From positions 23,312,001-23,376,000 of the forward strand of contig NC_090355.1 in assembly GCF_035084215.1 (NCBI RefSeq): DNA of 64,000 bases, in the 5' to 3' direction. Below are positions 49,226-62,600 of the stretch, one piece after another. Position numbers and translations under genes: made by a program. Source of the stretch: Heptranchias perlo. Lineage: Eukaryota. The notes beneath the pieces were generated by a model. That model ran no database searches and was not told where the DNA came from. It saw nothing but the letters and a program-made list of their open reading frames with translations. Positions within the stretch are counted from its first letter, which is position 1. Every line of letters begins with the position of its first letter.

Positions 49226-50624
49226 GCTCTTCCACTTTTTCTACTCTTCACCAGTTCTACAGCATCGATGTGTGTTTAGGAAAATAGAAAATCAAGCCTG
49301 GAGCGATATTTCTGAGTGATTTGTTCCAGCAATGGTGTTTAAAGATGACAGTGGCCTATGGATTTAATATTTCATTTAAGTAGTTGCCAACTGTTTTGCA
49401 TTACTTATTTTTCTGACCAGCTGAAACAGTTTGCCATTTTAATACCGTTTTAAAATATTGATGTATTAGCCTCAGTCCCAGTTTGGGGATCATGTGTGAC
49501 AGGTTACCTCTCTATCACAAAGACCTCTGAGCAGTTTATGGACATCATTGCTGTTGCCCATCCCCTTGCTTTCACTTTATAAATACTTTTGTAACCACCT
49601 TTGACAGGAGAAGAATACATTAATAAAGAATTTTCTATTAAGGTTCTGATATTCTTAAGCCCTAGAATAATTATTTTATTTATGCAGCTAGTCATGGTTC
49701 CAGGTATTTCTAGGCCTGGTTTGGTACAGCAGTGTTCGCTAAGATTGTAATGGTGTTGTAACTAACTGAAAAACCATTGGTGATATCATCACATACCCAG
49801 GACACCAAAGCCAAAGGCCTTTGCTTTTGATTTGAACTCAGACTTTTAAAAATTACACTGGGATATGTTCCCAGTGATTGACTTTAGTTACCTACGTATA
49901 CTCTGACAAACCTGCTGGTGAGAACAAGGTGCAATAATAAGGAACCAAATGCCAGTGTCCATATTTCTGTATGAAATATGCAGATACCATTATGCTACAG
50001 CCTGGTTAAGACCAATCTGTACCTGATTACGTTGATGAAAAGCCAGCAGACCTGAGCTATAATGCCAATCACACTTTGCTTTCTGGCAAGGCTCTGAATG
50101 ATAGTATTTGCTTGCATGCTGAACCCTCTTGCTCCCCAGTGTCCAATTGCCAGTTAAAACTTAATGTTATCAAAAAGCAAGTGGGCTTTCTTGATGACAT
50201 TATAACAAGGTTAAATTTTTTAAAGTTTGTTTTTGTGCCAGTTGAAGTTACACTGAAATTGGTGCAGCTCTGAAGTGGTGTGAGACTGGTAAAAGATCTC
50301 AACCAAAGAATAGAATTAAGTGTTTTCAGGATGATGAACTCAAAGGCAAGTGAGCCAATGATGCCTGGTGATGTAATTTACATCACCACATCATACGATT
50401 AAATTGCTGGGTCAGCAACATGAACTAGACACTGCCACCTGCAACCACTGCTTTGGTGGGCAACTTGTGATCGGCAATAGAAAGTGACTATGTATGAACA
50501 GTGGGACACATCGTCCCTTTGCATGTGTGCCACTGTTTTTATTGTAAAATGGCCAAATTGGACCTCCCCTGTGGTTTATTTTTTTTCAGGTTTCACTCTG
50601 AAATAGCACTCCTTTACTCATGAT

Positions 50625-50788
50625 NNNNNNNNNNNNNNNNNNNNNNNNNNNNNNNNNNNNNNNNNNNNNNNNNNNNNNNNNNNNNNNNNNNNNNNNNNNN
50701 NNNNNNNNNNNNNNNNNNNNNNNNNNNNNNNNNNNNNNNNNNNNNNNNNNNNNNNNNNNNNNNNNNNNNNNNNNNNNNNNNNNNNNNN
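50625..50788. other. Assembly gap (164 N)
   Basis: Run of N. Confidence 1.
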
Positions 50789-53039
50789 TTGTGTACTTTC
50801 CACATCTGAGCATTCTACCTTTGATGCCATTTAATATCCAACTCATTCATTTTGTTTGTCGCTTCTTTCAAACTTGCCACATTTTGTGATCCATTTTTTT
50901 TGCATTATTGTAAACTATTCTAAGAACTGATCCAGCCTTTGGGTTTCTCGGTGATAATTTCTTGCTGCAGTTGGTGGACAATACACTCGCTCTTCTTCAT
51001 TGGAACATTTCTCTGATTTAACTTGCATTGTTCATGTATCCTTCTCCGGTGTTAAAGGTCCCTCTCTTAACTGGCTCTAAAGACGGCTGAGAAGGAAGTG
51101 TTTAGTGTGCTGATTTTTATTTTCATCTCCTTTGTAATTTTGGAAGTATACAATAACCATTAGATAAATACTTTGTATTCTGAACCAAATAAGCTGTTTA
51201 CTTTCCCCTTAATTATTCATTTTAAATTGGCTTTTTTTTTCTTTAAATTGCTCGCTCGAAGCTTTCTCTGTGGGGTTCAGTAAAATGTGCATTTCATTTA
51301 TGAAGTGACATTGCCGTCCCAGTGATGTCAGTCAAGGGGGATCCCACTAAAGCACATCCATTACTCTGCATGATTACTACTGTAGTTATTGCGTTTCCGG
51401 ACTGACAGCCTATTTATTTTCACCTCAGCTCTGCCAAGTCTTTGAATTTACCACACACGATATAGTCTAAGTGCTTCTGTGTCCTCATTTATTTTTCTTT
51501 AAAACATAAAAGATGTCTCCTGGTTGGTCTGGACCAACTAGACTGGTGATATTGCTGGGTAGCAGACCAGCTCCACAGGGTTCCCCTTATCACTGCAGCA
51601 CAACTGCCTAACTTCATAAACAGAACGTGCATCATTAGGCTCTCTGAAACTGATCTTCAATTATAAGTTTGTAAAGAAGTAGAATGGAAAACTTATATAT
51701 TTTAAGAGGACAACTGTGTGGAATACTTTATATGTAAAATACACTTGTATATTTCCTGCCTCCCCCACATTCCCCCCCCCCCAAAGTTCGGCTGTGGTTT
51801 CTTCCAGGTGTTGTAAGCAATTCTTCGATAGAAAATATATTTTTAACTTTTTTTTTATTAGTGTAGGATTATGTAACAGAAAGTAGTCGGGGCACTCTTC
51901 TGAATGATTCAGAACTGGTCCAACAAGGGGCAGTTTCATTAGTGAGTACATCATTCTAACTTTCAAGTAATGGTTCGCTAAGAATAGAAGGTCCTTTTTT
52001 AGAAACCAGAAGTATATCCTTATTATCTCCATGTGTGTGGAACTCCAGTCTCTGCCCCAGACCTTGCCCCACTTCACACAGAGCATGTAGCCACCTTGTG
52101 GTCATTGGGAGCAAATGCTTTTTGAGAGTTCTGGGACCACACTGCATGCATTTAAAATAGAAGCATGTGAAAAAATAATTATAAACTATGTTTTTTGGCT
52201 TTATTAAATGAGACATAATATTTCCTCAAACAGTGCAGTGCCATTAGATATACAACCTACTCCTGATAATTGAAAGTCATGTTTTACAACATAAAAAAAT
52301 TAACAGATAATATGAATTAAGTAGCACAAGTAAGACAGCAAAATGGGAATTTAGTGCTTTAAAAAAATGAAATATCAGATAACTTGAATAAAGTGACTAC
52401 ATTAAGAGTAGACTGTCATAACATAAGGAGAACAAATGTAGGTACTTTAATTTTAAAATTACCAAATGTCATCATTAAAATTGCACCTTAGTAACATTTA
52501 TTTTTGATATAATGTTATAATTTTGATATGTTATAATGTTATAATTTTGACTTATTAAACAGTAAGATTTTTTTAAACTAACTTAATGGTTTCAAATATC
52601 ACAGGACGCTATATAGCCCCTCCTCTATCCCAAATGGAAATTCCTGTTATTTTGCTCCATTGTCGGTTATATTTTCTATGTTGTTTTGCGCTTTTAATGC
52701 AAGGAATGAGGGAGTTGCCACGCTGATGTGCTGTTTATTGAAGCTGCTGTCACTGTGGCTCGGAGATCACATTCAACGTTTCTCTACATTCACAATCAAG
52801 TAACTGAAAACATCAGGATATTTTTAACTGCAATAACATTCCCTATAATTAAGCCTGATCCCAATATTCGAGCATTTTTATTGCTATTGATTCCTTCAAG
52901 AGCAAGTTGCTTAGCTGTAGGGAGAAAAATATTCAATTAAACGATTGATGGATTCCTTTGGAAGGTGACTTGGGTCAATGGTCATATTGTATGGACCAAT
53001 GAAGACTGAAATGAATCCAGCTCTTTGTAAAGTGCATTT

Positions 53040-53740
53040 AAAACCAGTCCGACTTATGGCGAGGGGCGTGAGGAAAGATAGGTTTAAACTTGTCCATGTG
53101 CTGTAGGAGTTTCCAGTCGTCCCTGTGTTTTGTGATTAAAATCCCCGCTTGTTTGGATGGTATCTACGGAAGATCAACACCATAGGATCCGAAACTGGCA
53201 TTATTGGGAATATTTGATGTTGAGTTTTTGGACTGGTGTCATGGGTCTCCCATCAGGCAAGAAAATGGTTATACATTTGAGGAGACTGTAACCTCATCCA
53301 GGCCAAGGACCAGATATAGGTTGGTTTCTTTTCAATATCTTGTGACAGAATAAGGTGTAGCTAACAGCAACTGTAATCAGGGCTGAGACCACTAAAAAGC
53401 CTGAAGAGCTTGTACTGTCGTTCCAAGAGGCAAGTCCACAGCCTTCCCATGGATTAACGTATGATCCAACACCACTGGTAAAGCAAGTTACAGCCAGATG
53501 TACATTTTGAACTTGTGCTTATAAGGGACAACGTTCCAGGTTAGAGCAGTCTGGAAGAGATCTTTACAGGCAGAAGAGTGTGGACGCTTTGCTGCTGGTT
53601 TGCTGTCGAGGTCTCTCAGATTGTTTCATAGTGTTGAGATTCTGCAGTCGTTGCGTCCCTGACCTAAACAGGGAGGTTTGGCTTGAATGTAAGGAACTCT
53701 TCTGGTGTTACTCCAGTCTTGGGTTTGCTGAAGTGACAAG
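53040..53740 (-). mobile_element. Ancient, heavily decayed LINE ORF C-terminus, probably RTE clade
   Basis: Broken frames give SSACKDLFQTALTWNVVPYKHKFKMY...LPVVL, LPDGR and KHRDDWKLL, in the order of RTE motifs (ASSAFGRL..TKLKVY..VLPTLL, MPDGR, DR..WR.L). Confidence 0.4.
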
Positions 53741-53755
53741 TTGACCAGGGGGGGG

Positions 53756-53896
53756 GGGGTAAAGTTCAACTTCGGCAGGGGTGCAAAATGAGCAGTAGCG
53801 GATCGGCCGGTTGGGGTGTACATTTGTCTGACGGGGTGTATAACGGGCAGCCGATCTGCGAACTGCTTATTTTGCTGAAGTTGAATTTTACACCCC
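53756..53896. mobile_element. MITE-like hairpin element
   Basis: Inverted ends ggggtaaagttcaacttcggca / tgctgaagttgaattttacacccc; inner gcggatcggc/gccgatctgc. Confidence 0.6.
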
Positions 53897-53999
53897 TACA
53901 TCTCTCTGATATTGAACAGGATGAATGGATTTAACTAAAGCTGCTAAATGGAACAGAGATGTATTTAGATTTTAACTGCCGAATTATAGCACATGAGCA

Positions 54000-54101
54000 G
54001 GAGTAATTCCCTGCGTGCTCGGTTTAGCAAAACTGTAAACCAGTTTATAAAGAATGTGTTTATGGCTTCACTGCACTGAGCACACAGGGGAAATCTCCCC
54101 C
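54000..54101. mobile_element. MITE-like hairpin element
   Basis: ggagtaattccctgcgtgctcggt / actgagcacacaggggaaatctcc imperfect inverted ends. Confidence 0.45.
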
Positions 54102-54127
54102 CACACACAACAATAGTTTGCCTACAT

Positions 54128-54228
54128 ATCAACAGTGACTGCACTTAAATAGTAATTCATTGGTTGTGAAGGGCTTTGAGACATCCTGAGGATATACTGA
54201 AACACTTCACAAGACGTTATATAGATGT
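54128..54228 (+). mobile_element. SINE 3' tail fragment
   Basis: acagtgactgcactt...taattcattggttgtgaagggctttgagacatcctgaggat matches the SINE tail. Confidence 0.6.
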
Positions 54229-55439
54229 CCTTAGTTTTTTTCCCCTCCGTGTCAGTAAAGTACAAATTGACAGAGACTACAGGGACTCTGATAACAGGAC
54301 ATTTGATTCGAGTGGTCACATTCAACATGGATCCTGTTTGTAATTACCATGGACCATCAACTGTCATTCAAGCAAAATCCAGATAGCATAAACCGTAGAA
54401 ATGAAACCTACTTTAGAAGGGGTCTAATTCCTCCCTCCTCTTCCCCCCCCCCCCCCCCCCCCCCCCGCCCCCCCACCCAACTTCACCAAAGACCCATTCA
54501 TTTCACTGGTAGAAAAATCCTGGTCAGGTTGTGCTGATTATCTTATAAACAAGATGTGATGTACTCCAATGACTTGTATTGATCTAGTAGTTATGTGTCC
54601 TGTGACAAGTACCAAAATTTACTTTTATTTTGCTTTAATTTACTACGTGCACTGTATTTTTTTCTACAACTTGCTCTTCCCAAATCCCTTTTTTGTGCAG
54701 TTTCAAGCTTCCTTTTTTACAAAAAGGGGAATTCTTACTGTTTTTTTTAAGAAACGACATTAAAAATTTGTTTAATCATATTATTAAGTTCACCAATTTG
54801 GGAAAAAAAATCAAATCATTTTAAAAGTAGCGCATTGTCATTTGAAGCCAACCAATCTTGGGGGGAAAATTGCATTAAATAATCCTTTCAATGATGTTGC
54901 ACTCCCCTGAACATGCCTTTGGCAACATCATTGAAAGAATGCCTCGGCTTCTTGTAGCCTGACCGAACTCCTTTAATAATCGTTGTTTTAACGTTAGACA
55001 CAATAGGGCATTATTTTTATTATGGAACGTGATAGTTGAGTGGTCTCAAAGTACAGTGACTTGGTGGAAGAGCACCACTCCCTTATTTAGAGAAAAAAAC
55101 ATTTTCATTGTGTCAGTTTTACTACTTTTCTTACACTTCATAAATGCTGTTAACGCGTTAAAGGGTGGCTAGTTCCATACTTGCTTCCTACTACACTACA
55201 GGACTGAGTGGGCTCGGCCACATTAGCCAGTTCCTGATCTTGGCTAAAAAGGGTCAAGCAGATACAAGGAACTTCAGTGCAGTGAGAAAATCAAATGGCA
55301 GCTAAGGCTGCAATGGTCTCGCGCAGTGACTGCTCCACATTGGGGTGCCGACCTGCCCAGACATTGAGCCAAGGAATGGTGCCAGGAGCTTAAAAAATAA
55401 AATAATTACAAAATGGGGTAAAGAGAGTATTTCATTTTA

Positions 55440-56190
55440 ATAATGGATTTTGCTGTAAAAATGACGGTGAGGTCAACAGCGTTCACCGTTATTTATGTGC
55501 AAATCGGACGTCACCTTCTGGTGAACTTACGTGCGCAGTTAAACGCGGAAATCCGGAAGTTGCTCTCCCAGACGCCCTGCTCTTCCAAAAGCTCACTGTC
55601 TGACTCACCATTCAAATCAATGGAACAGTGTGAAGTTCCTGTACTTACCTCATCGAAACGGACTAAACTCACCGAAAAAAGTTAGGGCTTGTCCATTCCA
55701 ATGTAAGTACCCTTTTAACGGTGTGGTAAGTCTTAATTACTGCCTGATAACCCCTCTGGCAGTGAAAATTAACTTTTATAAGTCTCATTCCTTCAGCTTT
55801 TAATTATTGTTGGATATTTAAAAAAATATTTTTTAAAAACTTTTTCTTTCTGACTCTTTTAGCTCCGTCTCTCAATCCAATCTTTCTCTCCCTCTCTTTA
55901 TTTTGCTCACTGTATCTGATTTGACATTGAATTCACTATTCTCACTTAAACTTCCTGGTTCAGATTCTGTGCTGCTCATTAACTATGCTTCAATCTGATT
56001 GGTTAAGGAGATACACAGTTGCTTGCCCTGTTCACACAGGTCCCAGATGCCCTGTAGAGGGCTTTGTGCTGAATGGATCACGAAATTACAGGAACTTGCC
56101 TTGCAAAACCCCGTAGAAAGTCTATGGGCAAGTGTAAGTCCAACGAACGGATGGTGCCATTCATTCGCCACTTGCAATGAAATCTGGCCC
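55440..56190. mobile_element. Probable non-autonomous Harbinger-type element
   Basis: Right end GAAATCTGGCCC resembles the Harbinger TIRs in this window; decayed left end tggattttgc; CpG-rich sub-termini; no coding capacity. Confidence 0.45.
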
Positions 56191-56659
56191 ATTATGTGTA
56201 GAATTTCGTTATGACTTTGCTAATACTATGTTCCAGCTACATTTGGGAAAAAAACACTGCTATCTTTCTACCAGGATGAAATTATATGACCCAAAAGTAA
56301 AATCAAACTGCGTGACAAATCTGCCTTGCTCTTAACCTACCATATATACCATGTACCATATGTACGTATGTGACCGCTGATATCATGAGGCTCAGAGCAG
56401 ATATTGATTGTGTCAACAGAGTCACGCTGAGGAATGCAGCTCATGTCAGTAACTAGATGGAGAATCAAGAATGGCAGTGGTTGATAGTTCTGCTCAATGA
56501 TCATCCACTGGAGCAAGACTTCGAATTTGCCAAAGGTCTTACTCCCACAGAGTATTGCGAATGTGGTACTGAAATCTCAGTATCACAGAAGTAGAGCTTC
56601 ACCAATTACAACAAATTAAGCATGCCCATAGCCCCTGCGTTCAAGACGAGACAGCAGTT

Positions 56660-59600
56660 CCCACAGTGTGATCATAGTATTAGAAACTACAGTGTGATCA
56701 TAGTATTATAAACCACAATGTGATCATAGCATTAGAAACCACAGTGAGATCACAGTGTTATAAACTACTGTAAAATCACAGTATTATAAATGGCAGTGTG
56801 ATCATAGTATTATAAACTACTGTGAGATCACAGTATTATAAACCACAGTGTGATCACAGTATTATAAACCACAGTGTGATCATAGTATTATAAACCACAG
56901 TGTGATCATAGTATTATAAACCACAGTGTGATCATAGTATTATAAACTACTGAGATCACAGTATTATAAACCACAGTGTGATCACAGTATTATAAACCAC
57001 AGTGTGATCATAGTATTATAAACCACAGTGTGATCATAGTATTATAAACCACAGTGTGATCATAGTATTATAAACCACTGAGATCACAGTATTATAAACC
57101 ACAGTGTGATCATAGTATTATAAACCACAGTGTGATCACAGTATTATAAACCACAGTGTGATCTTAGTATTATAAACCACAGTGTGATCTTAGTATTATA
57201 AACCACAGTGTGATCATAGTATTATAAACTAGTGTCCTCATAGTATTAGAAACCACAGTGTGATCACAGTATTAGAAACCACAGTGTGATCACAGTATTA
57301 GAAACCACAGTGTGATCACAGTATTAGAAACCACAGTGTGATCACAGTATTAGAAACCACAGTGTGATCACAGTATTAGAAACCACAGTGTGATCACAGT
57401 ATTAGAAACCACAGTGTGATCACAGTATTAGAAACCACAGTGTGATCACAGTATTAGAAACCACAGTGTGATCACAGTATTAGAAACCACAGTGTGATCA
57501 CAGTATTAGAAACCACAGTGTGATCACAGTATTAGAAACCACAGTGTGATCACAGTATTAGAAACCACAGTGTGATCACAGTATTAGAAACCACAGTGTG
57601 ATCACAGTATTAGAAACCACAGTGTGATCACAGTATTAGAAACCACAGTGTGATCACAGTATTAGAAACCACAGTGTGATCACAGTATTAGAAACCACAG
57701 TGTGATCACAGTATTAGAAACCACAGTGTGATCACAGTATTAGAAACCACAGTGTGATCACAGTATTAGAAACCACAGTGTGATCACAGTATTAGAAACC
57801 ACAGTGTGATCACAGTATTAGAAACCACAGTGTGATCACAGTATTAGAAACCACAGTGTGATCACAGTATTAGAAACCACAGTGTGATCACAGTATTAGA
57901 AACCACAGTGTGATCACAGTATTAGAAACCACAGTGTGATCACAGTATTAGAAACCACAGTGTGATCACAGTATTAGAAACCACAGTGTGATCACAGTAT
58001 TAGAAACCACAGTGTGATCACAGTATTAGAAACCACAGTGTGATCACAGTATTATAAACCACAGTGAGATCACAGTATTATAAACCACAGTGTGATCACA
58101 GTATGAGAAACTACAATGTAATCACAGTATTATAAACCTCACTGTGGTTTATAATACTGTGATTACATTGTAGTTTCTCATACTGTGATCACACTGTGGT
58201 TTATAATACTGTGATCCCACTGTGATCACAGTATTATAAACCACAGTGTTATCATAGTATTATAAACCACAGTGTGATCATGGTATTATAAACCACAGTG
58301 AGATCACGGTATTATAATCCACAGTGTGATCATGGTATTATAAACTACAGTGTGATCATAGTATTATAATCCACAGTGTGATCACAGTATTATAATCCAC
58401 AGTGTGATCACAGTATTATAATCCACAGTGTGATCACAGTATTATAAACTACAGTGTGATCATAGTATTATAAACTACAGTGTGATCATAGTATTATAAA
58501 CTACAGTGTGATCATAGTATTAGAAACCACAGTGTGATCATAGTATTATAAACCACAGTGAGATCACAGTATTATAATCCACAGTGTGATCATAGAATTA
58601 TAAACCACAGTGTGAGCACAGTATGATAAACCACAGTGTGATCATAGTATTATAAACCACAGTGAGATCACAGTATTATAATCCACAGTGTGATCATAGA
58701 TATAAAACACAGTGAGCACAATATTATAAACCACAGTGTGATCATAGAATTATAAACCACAGTGTGAGCACAGTATTAGAAACCACAGTGTGATCGTAGT
58801 ATTATAAACCACAGTGAGATCACAGTATTATAAACCACAGTGAGATCACAGTATTATAAACCACAGTGAGATCACAGTATTATAATCCACAGTGTGATCA
58901 TAGTATTATAAACCACAGTGAGATCACAGTATTATAATCCACAGTGTGATCATAGTATGACAAACCACAATGAGATCACAGTATTAGAAACCACAGTGTG
59001 ATCATAGTATTATAAACCACAGTGTGATCACAGTATTATAAACCACAGTGTGATCACAGTATTATAAACCACAGTGTGATCACAGTATTATAAACCACAG
59101 TGTGATCACAGTATTATAAACCACAGTGTGATCACAGTATTATAAACCACAGTGTGATCACAGTATTATAAACCACAGTGTGATCACAGTATTATAAACC
59201 ACAGTGTGATCACAGTATTATAAACCACAGTGTGATCACAGTATTATAAACCACAGTGTGATCATAGTATTATAAACCACAGTGAGATCACAGTATTATA
59301 AACCACAGTGTGATCATAGTATTATAAACCACAGTGTGATCATAGTATTATAAACTACAGTGTGATCATAGTATTATAAACCACAGTGTGATCATAGTAT
59401 TATAAACCACAGTGTGATCATAGTATTATAAACCACAGTGTGATCATAGTATTATAAACCACAGTGTGATCATAGTATTATAAACCACAGTGTGATCATA
59501 GTATTATAAACCACAGTGTGATCACAGTATTGGAAACTACAGTGTGATCATAGTATTATAAATCACAGTGAGATCACAGTATTATAATCCACAGTGTGAT

Positions 59601-62600
59601 CACATTATTAGAAACTACAGTGTGATCATAGTATTATAAACCACAGTGTGATCATAGTATTATAAACCACAGTGTGATCATAGTATTATAAACCACAGTG
59701 TGATCATAGTATTATAAACCACAGTGTGATCACAGTATTGGAAACTACAGTGTGATCATAGTATTATAAATCACAGTGAGATCACAGTATTATAATCCAC
59801 AGTGTGATCACATTATTAGAAACTACAGTGTGATCATAGTATTATAAACTACAGTGTGATCATAGAATTATAAGCCACAGTGAGATCACAGTATTATAAT
59901 CCACAGTGTGATCACAGTATTATAAACCACAGTGTGATCACCGTATTATAAACCACAGTGTGATCACCGTATTATAATCCACAGTGTGATCATAGTATTA
60001 TAATCCACAGTGTGATCATAGTATTATAATCCACAGTGAGATCACAGTATTATAATCCACAGTGTGATCATAGTATTATAAACCACAGTGTGATCACCGT
60101 ATTATAAACCACAGTGAGATCACAGTATTATAATCCACAGTGTGATCATAGTATTATAAACCACAGTGTGATCATAGTATTATAAACCACAGTGAGATCA
60201 CAGTATTATAAACCACAGTGAGATCACAGTATTATAATCCACAGTGTGATCATAGTATTATAAACCACAGTGAGATCACAGTATTATAAACCACAGTGAG
60301 ATCACAGTATCATAATCCACAGTGTGATCATAGTATTATAAACCACAGTGAGATCACAGTATTATAAACCACAGTGAGATCACAGTATTATAAACCACAG
60401 TGAGATCACAGTATTATAAACCACAGTGTTATCATAGTATTATAAACCACAGTGTGATCATAGTATTATAAACCACAGTGAGATCACAGTATTATAATCC
60501 ACAGTGTGATCACAGTATTATAATCCACAGTGTGATCATAGTATTATAAACTACAGTGTGATCATAGTATTATAAACTACAGTGTGATCATAGTATTATA
60601 AACCACAGTGAGATCACAGTATTATAATCCACAGTGTGATCATAGTATTATAAACTACAGTGTGATCATAGAATTATAAACCACAGTGTGAGCACAGTAT
60701 TATAAACCACAGTGTGATCATAGTATTATAAACCACAGTGAGATCACAGTGTTAGAAAACACAATGTGATCACAGTATTAGAAACTACAGTGAGATCACA
60801 GTATTATAAACCACAGTGAGATCACAGTATTATAAACCACAGTGTGATCATAGTATTATAAACCACAGTGAGATCACAGTATTATAATCCACAGTGTGAT
60901 CATGGTATAAAAACTACAGTGTGATCATAGTATTATAATCCACAGTGTGATCACAGTATTATAATCCACAGTGTGATCATAGTATTATAAACTACAGTGT
61001 GATCATAGTATTATAAACTACAGTGTGATCATAGTATTATAAACTACAGTGTGATCATAGTATTATAAACCACAGTGAGATCACAGTATTATAATCCACA
61101 GTGTGATCATAGTATTATAAACTACAGTGTGATCATAGTATTATAAACCACAGTGTGATCATAGTATTATAAACCACAGTGAGATCACAGTGTTAGAAAA
61201 CACAATGTGATCACAGTATTAGAAAATACAGTGTGATCATAGTATTATAAAAAAAAGTGTGATCATAGTATTAGAATCCACAGTGTGATCGTAGTATTAT
61301 AAACCACAGTGAGATCACAGTATTATAAACCACAGTGAGATCACAGTATTATAATCCACAGTGTGATCATAGATATAAAACTCAGTGAGCACAGTATTAT
61401 AAACCACAGTGTGATCATAGAATTATAAACCACAGTGTGAGCACAGTATTAGAAACCACAGTGTGATCGTAGTATTATAAACCACAGTGAGATCACAGTA
61501 TTATAAACCACAGTGAGATCACAGTATTATAAACCACAGTGAGATCACAGTATTATAAACCACAGTGAGATCACAGTATTATAAACCACAGTGAGATCAC
61601 AGTATTATAAACCACAGTGTGATCGTAGTATTATAAACCACAGTGAGATCACAGTATTATAATCCACAGTGTGATCATAGTATTATAAACCACAGTGAGA
61701 TCACAGTATTATAATCCACAGTGTGATCATAGTATTACAAACCACAATGAGATCACAGTATTATAAACCACAGTGTGATCATAGTATGAGAAACCACAGT
61801 GTGATCACAGTATTATAAACCACAGTGTGATCACAGTATTATAAACCACAGTGTGATCACAGTATTATAAACCACAGTGTGATCATAGTATTAGAAACCA
61901 CAGTGAGATCACAGTTTTATAATCCACAGTGTGATCGTAGTATTATAAACCACAGTGAGATCACAGTATTATAATCCACAGTGTGATCATAGTATTATAA
62001 ACCACAGTGAGATCACAGTATTATAATCCACAGTGTGATCACAGTATTATAATCCACAGTGTGATCATAGTATTACAAACCGCAGTGTGATCATAGAATT
62101 ATAAACCACAGTGTGATCATAGTATTATAAACTACTGTGAGATCACAGTATTATAAACCACAGTGAGATCACAGTATTATAAACCACAGTGTGATCATAG
62201 TATTATAAACTACTGTGAGATCACAGTATTATAAACCACAGTGTGATCATAGTATTAGAAACTACAGTGTGATCACAGTATTATAAACTACAGTGTGATC
62301 ACAGTATTATAAACTACAGTGTGATCACAGTATTATAAACTACAGTGTGATCACAGTATTATAAACTACAGTGTGATCACAGTATTATAAACCACAGTGA
62401 GATCACAGTATTATAAACCACAGTGAGATCACAGTATTAGAAACTACAGTGTGATCATAGTATTATAAACCACAGTGAGATCACAGTATTATAAACCACA
62501 GTGAGATCACAGTATTATAAACCACAGTGTGATCACAGTATTATAAACTACAGTGTGATCATAGTATTATAAACTACAGTGTGATCATAGTATTATAAAC

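Noticed and set aside
50330-50400. C/D-box snoRNA (ATGATGA) with an 11-bp hairpin at about 50367-50389
   Set aside because: No properly placed D box (CTGA) or terminal stem; the hairpin is too short to interpret.
50586-50889. ORFs spanning the N run
   Set aside because: Artefacts of the assembly gap.
53295-53485. Endogenous viral glycoprotein C-terminus (FLVVSALITVAVSYTLFCHKILKR on -)
   Set aside because: Short and stop-bounded; neighbouring frames fit an RTE-type LINE motif order better.
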